A stretch of DNA of 64,000 nucleotides from Fibrobacteria bacterium (lineage in GTDB: Bacteria; Fibrobacterota; Chitinivibrionia; Chitinivibrionales; FEN-1185): contig JBBIGR010000001.1 in assembly GCA_037447435.1 (NCBI GenBank), positions 192,001 through 256,000 on the forward strand, read 5' to 3'. Numbering within the stretch: the stretch's first letter is position 1; the number at the start of each line of letters is the position of its first letter. A program made the position numbers and the translations under genes. Below are positions 28,173-37,617 of the stretch, piece by piece. Below the pieces are notes generated by a model, which was not told where the DNA came from, did not search any database, and worked only from the letters and a program-made list of their open reading frames with translations.

Positions 28173-29274
28173 ACCCTTTCAATTGTTTCGAAGATGCATA
28201 CCAGGAAATTTCCTCAGCCGTATATTGCGACTTTCTTTCGAAAGCGAAATGTTGCGAATACTTTCTCAATGGCGATTCAACGTTGTTATGCTTATTGTGG
28301 TACAATCGATAGTGCGTTGATTTTTTTTCCAGATGGTTCTTAATTGTTTGTGCAATACGCTCTGCAGAAGTTCCGTTGTTTTGTATCGGTGCCAACTTTC
28401 TAATTTCTTCGATCGGGACATCGGCATGAATTTCTTTTCCTAACGATTCTCCGATGAAAACAACTGAAGAAAACCGGGTAACAAGAACTTCGCAATTTGC
28501 AATCATGTGATTGGTGTTTCCTCTTTCAAACACGAGCGACTTTGGCGCATATCGCATGATTTCCCGCACTGCACGTTTTACGTTTTCACTTGGGTGTAAT
28601 TTGAACACTATTTGACGTCCCTGAGCAATGCGGACGGTTTTCAGGATAAATTTTTTTCGGTTTTCATACTCCATGCATTCCCGTAAATTTGATGTTGCTG
28701 CCAGCACAAAATTTTTATAGGGAAAATCGTTATTCAAAAACTGCTTATTATTGTCGAAATTCGGCACCCCGGTAACGACAATTTTTTCAGGAGGAATGCC
28801 TTTTTTGACAAAAACTTCTTTAAATCCCGCCGACGCAACAAAGAAAAGTTCATAAGCATTAGATAACCCGGTAGCCGACGTACCGGCAATAAAACGCGGA
28901 AAACCGAAATTCTTCACTAAGAAATATCCCAAACGCTGCGGGTCGGTCATACCTTCCTGCACCAGAAAAACCGGTTTATTTCTAATATTTTTTTGTATAA
29001 TGAGATCTTGACATGTTACGACAAAATCATAATCGTTGGCGGCGCCCTTGTAATCGATTGCAGCCTCTTTTGATTTAAGATAATGCAGGGTCTGTTCCTT
29101 GTATTTCCCGCCGAGGATGGAAAAATCGAAAAATCGCTTTGCCACATCATCCCTAAAATCCCCGATATAGTATGGGGTAAAGACACAATCGTATTCCGGA
29201 AAATGCATTGCGATTTGATGCATCATGGTCGTTTGGTTGACAGACCCGCAAATAAACAGGATTTTTTTCTTCAT
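28165..29274 (-). CDS. Conserved hypothetical GT-B protein, candidate nonulosonate (sialyl/Kdn) transferase
   Basis: QEG, TGVPNFD, FKLHP and FSSV motifs resemble CMP-ulosonate transferases; TAATG coupling to neuB. Confidence 0.55.
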   Translation of the reverse strand: MKKKILFICGSVNQTTMMHQIAMHFPEYDCVFTPYYIGDFRDDVAKRFFDFSILGGKYKEQTLHYLKSKEAAIDYKGAANDYDFVVTCQDLIIQKNIRNKPVFLVQEGMTDPQRLGYFLVKNFGFPRFIAGTSATGLSNAYELFFVASAGFKEVFVKKGIPPEKIVVTGVPNFDNNKQFLNNDFPYKNFVLAATSNLRECMEYENRKKFILKTVRIAQGRQIVFKLHPSENVKRAVREIMRYAPKSLVFERGNTNHMIANCEVLVTRFSSVVFIGESLGKEIHADVPIEEIRKLAPIQNNGTSAERIAQTIKNHLEKKSTHYRLYHNKHNNVESPLRKYSQHFAFERKSQYTAEEISWYASSKQLKGCD

Positions 29275-30188
29275 TATACTGCCATTTCCAGCGTTTGATT
29301 TTGCAAAACGCGCCGCATTTTCTTTTGTGCCGCAATTTCGCTGGCATACAATCTTTTTGTCCCATCGCCCATTGCTTTTTCGACGCATCGTATATTACGA
29401 ACCAGAATTTCGAGTCCGTGCAGTTCTACGGAAGCCGCTTGATCGGTTCCCCACATCGCCCGTTCGAGGGTTATATGGCGTTCGACGAAATGTGCGCCCA
29501 AAGCCACTGCTGCAACCGTTGTGGGCAATCCGATTTCATGGCCCGAATATCCGATAATTGCTTTAGGAAAATTCTTTTCAAGGGTAGTTATCATCCGAAG
29601 GTTTAATTCCTCATCTATGCACGGGTATGCCGAAGTGGTATGGGCAAGAAAAAGATTTTCTTCCCCGATAAGTCCGACAGCTTCTTTTATTTCCTGCATT
29701 GTCGACATGCCGGTGGAAATCATTACTGGCGCCCCCGCATGCTTGATACTTGACAATAAACTTTTATCGGTAAGCATTGCCGAGGAAATTTTATACAGAG
29801 GCACATCGAATTGTTTTATGAATTCCACCGAAGGAATGTCCCAGCATGAAGCAAACCATTGGATGTTCATTTCTTTGCAATACCGGTCCAATTCCACATA
29901 CTCATTGAAACCGAATTCAATCTTTTTGCGATATTCAAGATAAGAAATATATCCCCACGGCGTTTCACGCATGACACCTTGTTGTTCGGGAGGAACACAT
30001 AATTCCGGAGTCCGCTTTTGGAACTTGACTGCATTGCATCCTGCCCGAACCGCGCCGTCTATCATTTTTTTTGCTAGTTCTATCGAACCATTGTGATTTA
30101 TCCCTATTTCGGCAATGATAAAAACCGGTGCGCCCTCACCGACTACGGCGTGTCCGACAACGCATTGCTTTCCATTTTGTAATTCCAT
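29274..30188 (-). CDS. neuB: NeuB-family nonulosonate synthase, short form without C-terminal AFP/SAF domain
   Basis: IIAEIGINHNG, AVKFQKR, KISSA, ISTGMS, HTTSAYP, GYSGHE, ERHITL...GTDQAAS. Confidence 0.92.
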   Translation of the reverse strand: MELQNGKQCVVGHAVVGEGAPVFIIAEIGINHNGSIELAKKMIDGAVRAGCNAVKFQKRTPELCVPPEQQGVMRETPWGYISYLEYRKKIEFGFNEYVELDRYCKEMNIQWFASCWDIPSVEFIKQFDVPLYKISSAMLTDKSLLSSIKHAGAPVMISTGMSTMQEIKEAVGLIGEENLFLAHTTSAYPCIDEELNLRMITTLEKNFPKAIIGYSGHEIGLPTTVAAVALGAHFVERHITLERAMWGTDQAASVELHGLEILVRNIRCVEKAMGDGTKRLYASEIAAQKKMRRVLQNQTLEMAV

Positions 30189-30290
30189 TGTATCCCCTTT
30201 TTGAATGCTGCTTCATTTGTTTATAAATGCCGACCTAGTATGTTGCTTTGCAACTGCATCGTTGCAGCTGAGATAAGTCATATTTAGTTG

Positions 30291-30950
30291 CTAATTTTTT
30301 GCAAATTCTATTGTGGCGTAATACGCTTCGGCACTTGACTCGGTATTATCGGAATCCGTCATGATGCTTACCGCTTCGATGTGAGAAAACCCTTTGCCGA
30401 AGCATTGTTCAATATCGTCCCGTACATTTACTTTTTGAAACACCCATTTTCCAAGATTCTCTTTTCCAGATTGAAGCACGATCACTTTGTCGTATGCGTT
30501 TTTTGAATCCATAACCTCGCTTCCGACTCTAAGCGAGGTACTCCACACATATTTGACGGCATGAATGGAAAACCCTTTTTTTACGCCGACGATGATTCCC
30601 GCAGCCGAATCATTTCTTCGTTTTTCGTCCTCCCGGGCGCTATCCGGAAGCGTCACGGCTTTCCATGCCCATTTCAACACCGGGTATTCGCTCAAAGTAA
30701 TCGAAATCTTTTTTGCCAAACAAAGATTATGTGCCGAGTTAAAAACATGCAATACGAATTGTCCTTGAGTTTTAGAAACATCGAACATCTGTTTATTTCC
30801 CAGAATTATTTCCCATTTGCCTTGTTGCACCGTCTTGTCATTTACCGCAATGGAAAACGAATCTATTAAGGAGATTTCCGGAAATACCTGCCTATGATAA
30901 ATAAGGACAACGGCACCGATAAATATTCCCCTAATTAATTTATTTGTCAC
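30291..30950 (-). CDS. DUF3047 family exported protein
   Basis: YPVLKWAWKA, DSAAGI, KYVWS, GKWV...V..D, IMTDSDNT motifs. Confidence 0.75.
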   Translation of the reverse strand: MTNKLIRGIFIGAVVLIYHRQVFPEISLIDSFSIAVNDKTVQQGKWEIILGNKQMFDVSKTQGQFVLHVFNSAHNLCLAKKISITLSEYPVLKWAWKAVTLPDSAREDEKRRNDSAAGIIVGVKKGFSIHAVKYVWSTSLRVGSEVMDSKNAYDKVIVLQSGKENLGKWVFQKVNVRDDIEQCFGKGFSHIEAVSIMTDSDNTESSAEAYYATIEFAKN

Positions 30951-31044
30951 ATTGCATTCGCTTTGAATAGGACTTCTAATCTCTGTTTTCGGATATGCAT
31001 GCTTTTAAAATTGCTATCGCTGAGCAAGGATATTATTTGCTTTA

Positions 31045-31077
31045 TGTTAGATTTGTGTAATGTAAGGGTCGTGTTGG
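31045..31077 (-). promoter_or_regulatory. Putative Pho-box-like 11-bp-period repeats
   Basis: Minus-strand CCAACA-N5-CTTACA and ATTACA-N5-CTAACA upstream of the DUF3047-neuB operon. Confidence 0.35.
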
Positions 31078-31139
31078 CCTAACGAAATTCTATTCTTTTT
31101 CTTATAATTTTAAAATCCTTGTCCGTTATATTTTTTATC

Positions 31140-32009
31140 ATGAAAACAATTTCACTCGTACAATACAAAGGCGGAGTCGGAAAAACAACCGTAGCGGCAC
31201 TTTTATGTAAAGTCCTTGCAGCGGCAAAGTACCGCGTTCTTGCAATTGATCTTGACCGGCATCAATACCATTTATCCAGTCTTTTGGGCGGATCAGCCTC
31301 ACCGAAGATATTCCGAGATAGATCACCGACCACATTCGCTTCGGGTTTGCTTTCCAATCTTTTACTCAAAACCGCATTCGAAAATCTGAATTATATAACG
31401 CTTTGTGAATCGTTTTGCGACTGGAATACGAACGACACTTATCAGCTCAGCAAACGGTTCGCATTTTTTAATTTTAAGGCCGATTATGATTATGTAATCA
31501 TCGACACGCCTCCCGGGTTCGGCAAAATTCACGAACTTGCCATTAGCGTTTCGGACCATATCGTTTTGCCTATCGATTTATCTTCGATTTCGGTTGCATC
31601 CGTCGAGCGGTTTTGCCTCGATCTGCATAAAAGAGAACATTATCAAGTAAAAAGTTACAGTATTTTGCGCAATTTCGTGTCGCGGGCCGTCAACGCAGCT
31701 CAGTTCAATCCGTTGTTTCATGCGAGCCTGAAAAACAGGGTTCTGTCCCATAGTCTTTCGGCAGACGAACGCATCCGTTCAATCACCTCGGGTTATTGCG
31801 ATTTTCTTTCTCAGTATCTGCCGCAACATATTGTTTCGCAACTCTTTTCAATGGTTTTGGATCTTTTCCAAGCAGATCCGGTTAATTTGGCCCAAGCATG
31901 CAATAAACTTTGTTTCAAGGAATCTCTTGATACGCGCTTCAATGAATCTGCGCTTATTTTCGAAAATGCCGAAACAGTTTCAACCGATTTTTCCGTTTCT
32001 TTTTCATAA
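31140..32009 (+). CDS. Orphan ParA/MinD-family ATPase
   Basis: Deviant Walker A KGGVGKTT; AIDLD; YDYVIIDTPP; no parB adjacent. Confidence 0.8.
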   Translation: MKTISLVQYKGGVGKTTVAALLCKVLAAAKYRVLAIDLDRHQYHLSSLLGGSASPKIFRDRSPTTFASGLLSNLLLKTAFENLNYITLCESFCDWNTNDTYQLSKRFAFFNFKADYDYVIIDTPPGFGKIHELAISVSDHIVLPIDLSSISVASVERFCLDLHKREHYQVKSYSILRNFVSRAVNAAQFNPLFHASLKNRVLSHSLSADERIRSITSGYCDFLSQYLPQHIVSQLFSMVLDLFQADPVNLAQACNKLCFKESLDTRFNESALIFENAETVSTDFSVSFS

Positions 32010-33289
32010 TGCCCCGTTCACGCACTGCAGAAATATTTTCTTTTATAAAAAGAACCGCCGCCGGGCGCGCACCGGGTCAACTGATCATACAGATCTCGGA
32101 TCGATGTAATGCGTTTTGCCCGCAATGCGGCATGCGCGTTACCGAGGATTTTCGACGTACATCTCTTCCCGAAGATAAGATAAAGAAAATTATCGATGAT
32201 GCTGTGCAACGCGGAATATCATTGCTCTCCTTTACCGGAGGAGAACCGCTGCTTGATATAGAACTGCTCGTGCGGCTCATTACGCACGCCCAAAATGCCG
32301 GCATACCGTATATTCGGACCGGCACAAACGCTTTTTTCCTTGCAAGGCCTTTGCAAAACGGATTCGAGGTTCGGATACGGCGCATTATCGATGCCTTGGC
32401 GAAAACTTCTTTGAGAAATTTTTGGATAAGTATTGATTCATGCGATCCGGTTATTCATGAAGAAATGCGGGGGTTCAAGGATGTCGCCAAAGGAATAGAA
32501 TTTTCATTGCCGCTTTTTCATGAAGCCGGGCTGTATCCTGCCGCAAACATGGGAATTAACAGGAATATGGCAGGCCGCGGATCCATTCCGGTTTTCAATG
32601 ATCCTGCATCGACTTTTCCCTTTGACTTTTATAAAAACTTGGTTTTTGAAAATGCCGTTACGTTTTATTCTTTTGTTAGGGATTTGGGTTTTACAACAGT
32701 CAACATGTGCTATCCCATGAGTTTTGACCCCAACGATCTGGAGATCTACGAAAAAAAGCATTTGCCGTTGCAACCCGTGTACGAGGCAATGTCGCGCGAC
32801 GCCGTGGTTCGTTTCACAAAACAGGAAAAATCCGCTTTATTTGCCGGAATTTCCAAGGCTATTTCAGTACATCGGAGTAAAATCAGAATCTTTACCCCGC
32901 AAAGTTCTCTGTATGCGCTTTCGAAAGCCATGAGCGACCCTGGGTACGAATCCTATCCGTGCCGGGGTGGGCATGATTTCTTTTTTGCCTCGGTACTTGG
33001 AGAAATTTTTCCTTGCGGATATATGGGGAAAAAACCGCTTGACATTTCTTGGGGAAAAAAAGCGGATGCTCCTCACTGTTTTAACTGCGAATGGGAATGC
33101 TTCAGAGACCCATCGGAACTTTTTGGTCCGGTCCACGATTTTTTACATGCGCCTTTGCGATTGGCAAAGCGTTTCATCCATGACAGCGACTATTTCAAAC
33201 TCTGGATAAATGATATCCGCTATTTTACGGCTTGCGACCTTTTCAACGGCCGAGTCCCGCCGAATTATTCAAAGCTCGCGAAGTTTTAA
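32009..33289 (+). CDS. Radical SAM protein with C-terminal Twitch/SPASM-like Cys cluster
   Basis: CNAFCPQC, FTGGEP, ISID, CRGG..PCG..CFNCEWEC; TAATG overlap with ParA-like gene. Confidence 0.88.
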   Translation: MPRSRTAEIFSFIKRTAAGRAPGQLIIQISDRCNAFCPQCGMRVTEDFRRTSLPEDKIKKIIDDAVQRGISLLSFTGGEPLLDIELLVRLITHAQNAGIPYIRTGTNAFFLARPLQNGFEVRIRRIIDALAKTSLRNFWISIDSCDPVIHEEMRGFKDVAKGIEFSLPLFHEAGLYPAANMGINRNMAGRGSIPVFNDPASTFPFDFYKNLVFENAVTFYSFVRDLGFTTVNMCYPMSFDPNDLEIYEKKHLPLQPVYEAMSRDAVVRFTKQEKSALFAGISKAISVHRSKIRIFTPQSSLYALSKAMSDPGYESYPCRGGHDFFFASVLGEIFPCGYMGKKPLDISWGKKADAPHCFNCEWECFRDPSELFGPVHDFLHAPLRLAKRFIHDSDYFKLWINDIRYFTACDLFNGRVPPNYSKLAKF

Positions 33290-33320
33290 TACTTTTGACG
33301 GCATCGGTTCAAAACTCTAA

Positions 33321-35771
33321 TTATCGCACATCAACAACATCCTCGTTCGGCATAATGTCGGCCACGGGATTGACGACATGCTCGTTACTGTCGGCCTCGT
33401 CGTACGATTCGGAAAACATGGTTTCCAGAGCCTTACCCCATGAATATTCTTTGCGCACATGTGAAATTGCGGATGCCTTCATTTCCGCATACAGCATCGG
33501 GAATTTTTTTTTGAGAACAAGCAACCCCTCTATTTTCATGACCCAATCTTCAATGCTTTTTGACGAAGCGATAAATCCGGTTTTACCATTTATAATGATT
33601 TCTTTCGGCCCTCCGAATTCCGAAACGATGGCGGGCAAACCGCACGCCAGTGCCTCGAGAACCACCATGCCGAACGTATCGGTAATACTTGGAAAAACGA
33701 AACAATCCGCAATGCTGTACAAGTCGGGAAGATCGCATCTGTCTATTCTCCCCGTAAAAATCGCACGCGGATACGGCTTCATCGCCTCACAGAATTCCGC
33801 AAAATCGGGGCCATTGCCCGCAAATACGATGTTTATGGACGGATCTTTTAAAATTAATTGTTTGTAAACCGTTGCGAGGAAATCGAGATTTTTCTCTTTT
33901 GAAATCCTGCCCGCATAAATCAAGATCGCACCGTCTCTAATTCCATAGCGCTTTTGAAGCCATGCCCGGGAATCGGGCCTTGGAAAAAAAACATCCGTAT
34001 CTATTCCTCGGGTAAAGCGCGACATGCGATAGCGCGGCACGCCCCGTTTTGCAAGAACATCGATATATTCCTGCGTCGGCACGACGATTTTGTTGACCAT
34101 GGAAAAAAACCAGTCGATATACGCTTCGGTAAATTGGGCTACCGAGTCATCACCGGTTATCTGATGCGCCTGGCGTGTGAAATCGGTATGATATACGCCG
34201 TTGCATGGAATATGCAACAACTTTGCCGCAAGCAGGCCGATGAGCCCGACCGGGCCGGGAGTCGATATGAAGATTTCGTCCGGCTCGTTATTGTAAATTA
34301 GCGAAAGCGAAGTAAGAAGGGACGGCACGCGCAAAGTGACGGTCGAAAAAAACGATGGCGTATAGGAATGAATGCAAGGCAAATCGATCAACGGCTGCGG
34401 TAGATCCGTATCTTTTTCTTCTTTAAGCAAACAAGTGACGAGCGTGCAATCGATGCCTTTTTCCCGCACTTTGACCGATATTTCGCGAAGAACCTCGGAA
34501 ACCCCGTTCAAATCGGTCAATGTATCGGTAAACCATAAATAGCGTTTTTGCTTTCTATGTGCCTTGTCGATATACGTTTGCGCGATGTCATCGACGATAT
34601 TACGGGACGCATTCAGAACATTTACGGTTGTGAAAAACGGCAAAGACAGGAAAACGGCCGGAATTGTCCCGACCAAACGGTTGATAAGGCCGATTATATT
34701 CCCCTGCGATAGGCTTTGTTCGGCCTCACTGGCGAAAAACCTGACAAATTCGTCGGTTGCTTCGGAAATTTTATTTGAAAGGATGGCGAGCTTTGTTTCC
34801 GTTGGTCCTGCCGCTCCGCTTTGAAACAATTCCATTGCCTCGATAAAAATACGGTACATTGCGCTCAGACCGCTGTTTTTTCCTTTTTTCATTCGTTTCA
34901 GGGCAATGCGGGTTTTTATATCGAGCGGCTTATTGTCGAAAACAAGCCCTGAAAATGCATGAAAAAAAGGCGACGTTTGTTTATTTTTACTGTTTGAAAA
35001 ATCGTATGCTATTTTGTAAATTGCAAAGGCCAAGCTTTGATAATCGTTATGCCTGCCGCAGGCCTCTGTTTTTTTTCCGCACATTTGTTCCAGAAATTCC
35101 TCCGCCGATCCAGCTTCCGCTTTCGTATACGTTTTTCCTGCAAACAACCCGCTATGATCGTCGGACCCCGCTACTACCCCTTTTTTCCAGGGTTCCAGGG
35201 ACAAAGGCTTTATGGAGTATTTGCGTTGCAAACGTTCGATGTGCTGGGGAGTGAGAGATGCAAGAACCTGCATCAGGATTTCATTATTGCGCTTATTTCT
35301 GCTTCCGTTGATACCTTCAAAATTATCAAACAAAAGCATCAATCGCTCCACATGCTCTTTTGTTAATCGGTGATTCACGGAAAACGTGGCATGCGCCACG
35401 GCATGCGGCAATTCATTTGCATATAACAACGCCCGCAAGTCGTATATGCTCCCGCGCACGCGCTCGATTTCCTTGAACTGGACCTCATTCAATCCATATA
35501 TCAATACATGGATCTTTGTCCCGTCTTCAGGGAAATACGTCGTGGATTCCACACCCGTAATCGTATCTTGCGGATGTTTGATTCGCAATTCGAGCGCTCC
35601 ATCGATGCAATTGTGGTCGGTAAGCGTGACAAAATCCATTCCGGCAGCTTTACATATCTGATACACGGTTTCGGGCGGCACATATGATTCGCGTGTACCG
35701 AGTCTTTTTAAAAACCATTCCGACGGATGCTGGGAAAACGATGAATGCACATGCATGTCGATTTTTGCCAT
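33321..35771 (-). CDS. PHP-domain + GT4 glycosyltransferase fusion
   Basis: DMHVHS, TDHN, GSDDH (PHP); DLNGVS, STPGPVG, YHTDF, GRISKEKN, PSITDTFGMVVLEALACG (GT4). Confidence 0.9.
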   Translation of the reverse strand: MAKIDMHVHSSFSQHPSEWFLKRLGTRESYVPPETVYQICKAAGMDFVTLTDHNCIDGALELRIKHPQDTITGVESTTYFPEDGTKIHVLIYGLNEVQFKEIERVRGSIYDLRALLYANELPHAVAHATFSVNHRLTKEHVERLMLLFDNFEGINGSRNKRNNEILMQVLASLTPQHIERLQRKYSIKPLSLEPWKKGVVAGSDDHSGLFAGKTYTKAEAGSAEEFLEQMCGKKTEACGRHNDYQSLAFAIYKIAYDFSNSKNKQTSPFFHAFSGLVFDNKPLDIKTRIALKRMKKGKNSGLSAMYRIFIEAMELFQSGAAGPTETKLAILSNKISEATDEFVRFFASEAEQSLSQGNIIGLINRLVGTIPAVFLSLPFFTTVNVLNASRNIVDDIAQTYIDKAHRKQKRYLWFTDTLTDLNGVSEVLREISVKVREKGIDCTLVTCLLKEEKDTDLPQPLIDLPCIHSYTPSFFSTVTLRVPSLLTSLSLIYNNEPDEIFISTPGPVGLIGLLAAKLLHIPCNGVYHTDFTRQAHQITGDDSVAQFTEAYIDWFFSMVNKIVVPTQEYIDVLAKRGVPRYRMSRFTRGIDTDVFFPRPDSRAWLQKRYGIRDGAILIYAGRISKEKNLDFLATVYKQLILKDPSINIVFAGNGPDFAEFCEAMKPYPRAIFTGRIDRCDLPDLYSIADCFVFPSITDTFGMVVLEALACGLPAIVSEFGGPKEIIINGKTGFIASSKSIEDWVMKIEGLLVLKKKFPMLYAEMKASAISHVRKEYSWGKALETMFSESYDEADSNEHVVNPVADIMPNEDVVDVR

Positions 35772-35817
35772 AATCCTCCCTTAAAGGTGTGTTCCTTCAT
35801 TAATAATACCAGGTTAG

Positions 35818-35845
35818 ATTTAGGCTTGTGTTCTAACTGTGTTAG
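35818..35845 (-). promoter_or_regulatory. Putative Pho-box-like triple repeat CTAACA-N5-AGAACA-N5-CTAAAT
   Basis: Three hexamers at exact 11-bp period, about 47 nt upstream of the PHP-GT4 start. Confidence 0.4.
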
Positions 35846-36076
35846 GAATTGAAAAGCTTGATCGCTTACTAACTCAAATATCTGGCTTTCATGGCAGTGC
35901 TTACAGTGGAAGTGTTCAACCGAAAAAATTCCCGAATCTGCGAATGAGTTTGAGAAAAAACGAGGATTTCTAATAAATTCATAACAAATCCAAAGATTTC
36001 GAAGCAATATTTTTGGAATACTATTTGCAACATATCTTTTGATTACACAATCCAACCTTTTAAAAGCGGGGATTTT

Positions 36077-36721
36077 ATGGTTGCAATTACTGGAGCATGC
36101 GGTAAAACCGGGTCTAAGGTAGCTGAATTGCTTTTAGCAAAAAATATTCCGGTGCGGGCTATCGGCAAATCATACAACCAACTCAAGCAGCTTGGTGAAA
36201 AAGGGGCGGAAATTATGGCCGGAGACCAGTCGGACATGTTTTTTTTAATAAAAGCCTTTACCGATATCGATTCTGTTTTTTTCCTAGTGCCTTCAAAACC
36301 CGAGGCCGATGATCACGTGCAATATTACAATTCTATAGCCGATAGCGCTGTTTCGGCAATTAAAACGACAAAAATAAAAAAAATGATTTTCTTATCCTCT
36401 ATTGATGGAGGATCTTTAAACGGGCCGATTCGCGGTTTATACGATGTGGAACGTAAGCTTTGTTCATTAAAAAAAGTGGACATAATTATCTTGAAAGCGG
36501 GTTTTATTTTGGAAAACCTGCTCAATTATGATGGGATAACCCGTGCACGGAACTTTTTAGGCAATACTTCCAATTTAGGGGAGCCAATAAAAATGATTTC
36601 GGCATTAGAAATTGGTGAAAAGGTCGTTGATTTGCTTCAAAACCCGATTTTTAAAGGCCATTCGGTTCGAAATTTATTCGGGCAAAAATGGTCTTTTATC
36701 CCAAGACAAGCCTCAGTTTAA
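36077..36721 (+). CDS. NmrA-like NAD(P)-binding protein, possibly C-terminally truncated
   Basis: ITGACGKTG Rossmann motif; FLSS; ends at 214 aa, shorter than usual for the family. Confidence 0.7.
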   Translation: MVAITGACGKTGSKVAELLLAKNIPVRAIGKSYNQLKQLGEKGAEIMAGDQSDMFFLIKAFTDIDSVFFLVPSKPEADDHVQYYNSIADSAVSAIKTTKIKKMIFLSSIDGGSLNGPIRGLYDVERKLCSLKKVDIIILKAGFILENLLNYDGITRARNFLGNTSNLGEPIKMISALEIGEKVVDLLQNPIFKGHSVRNLFGQKWSFIPRQASV

Positions 36722-37545
36722 GCTCGATTTCCCGATCTGCAAAAACATTTATTTTGCTGTGCGTCTTTCTGGACCAGAGACAAGACGGATTGCATGTTTC
36801 CGCTTTGATCGAAGAGAACGGAGTTGTACCAAGTACAGTTGATAATGTCGCCCGCTTTTGTTTGATTGCGGCAGGAGGCCACAACGGTTTTCTCTTTTCC
36901 GCGCGCAAGTTTCTCGACGGATTTATTGACAATAGCGTAATCGTCGCAATAAATTATATCGAGCATGTCGATACGTTTTCCGAGAATTTCTTCCTTCCTC
37001 CAACCGAAAATTCGCTCGGCACCGCTATACCATTTCGTCATGACAAGGTCCGCATTCCATTCGAATATTGCAAGGAGAGAATTTTCGAAACGAAAATTCA
37101 AAGGCAAGCCATCCTCATTTACCTGTTTGATAGCCGCGTTTCTAGCGGATTTGGCACACGGTTTTTCGGCAATTTCCTGACCGTAAAAATTAACGTGTCC
37201 TGCGTTGAGTATCGGATCTATGGAAAAATTATAAACGAAATCGCCGCAGGCAATATTTTCGATACGTTCCTCGTGTCTGTTGAATATGTCCGCAACCTTT
37301 TTCCGCCAAAAATCCGGAATTCTGCCGCCGGTTCTGCAACCCCATACATGCAGCAACGGTTCGCTGGCTTTATTTGCATATAAGACAACACCTTGTTTGC
37401 TTATTCGCAAAATAGGACAAATGTGGTCGCTTTGATACCCTGGAACGGTTTTTGAATCGCCTTCCCCACTTTTAATTTCAAGGATATCCGATACTAATTT
37501 GCTGTGACCGATATCCGGCATACAAGTGTGTTTGTGCGTGGTCAT
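36718..37545 (-). CDS. PAS-domain protein without output domain
   Basis: LYANKA...; W..GAERIFGW..EEILGK; NQTKAG..I.C.WYNS.L.D. Confidence 0.75.
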   Translation of the reverse strand: MTTHKHTCMPDIGHSKLVSDILEIKSGEGDSKTVPGYQSDHICPILRISKQGVVLYANKASEPLLHVWGCRTGGRIPDFWRKKVADIFNRHEERIENIACGDFVYNFSIDPILNAGHVNFYGQEIAEKPCAKSARNAAIKQVNEDGLPLNFRFENSLLAIFEWNADLVMTKWYSGAERIFGWRKEEILGKRIDMLDIIYCDDYAIVNKSVEKLARGKEKTVVASCRNQTKAGDIINCTWYNSVLFDQSGNMQSVLSLVQKDAQQNKCFCRSGNRA

Positions 37546-37617
37546 GATAATCGAACCCTCCGAAACATTTTTACCTATCTCAAATAAACATCCGATGTGT
37601 TCCGTCTTTATGGAATC

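Noticed and set aside
36688..37383. 231-aa plus-strand ORF
   Set aside because: It is the antisense shadow of the PAS gene and has no recognisable motifs.
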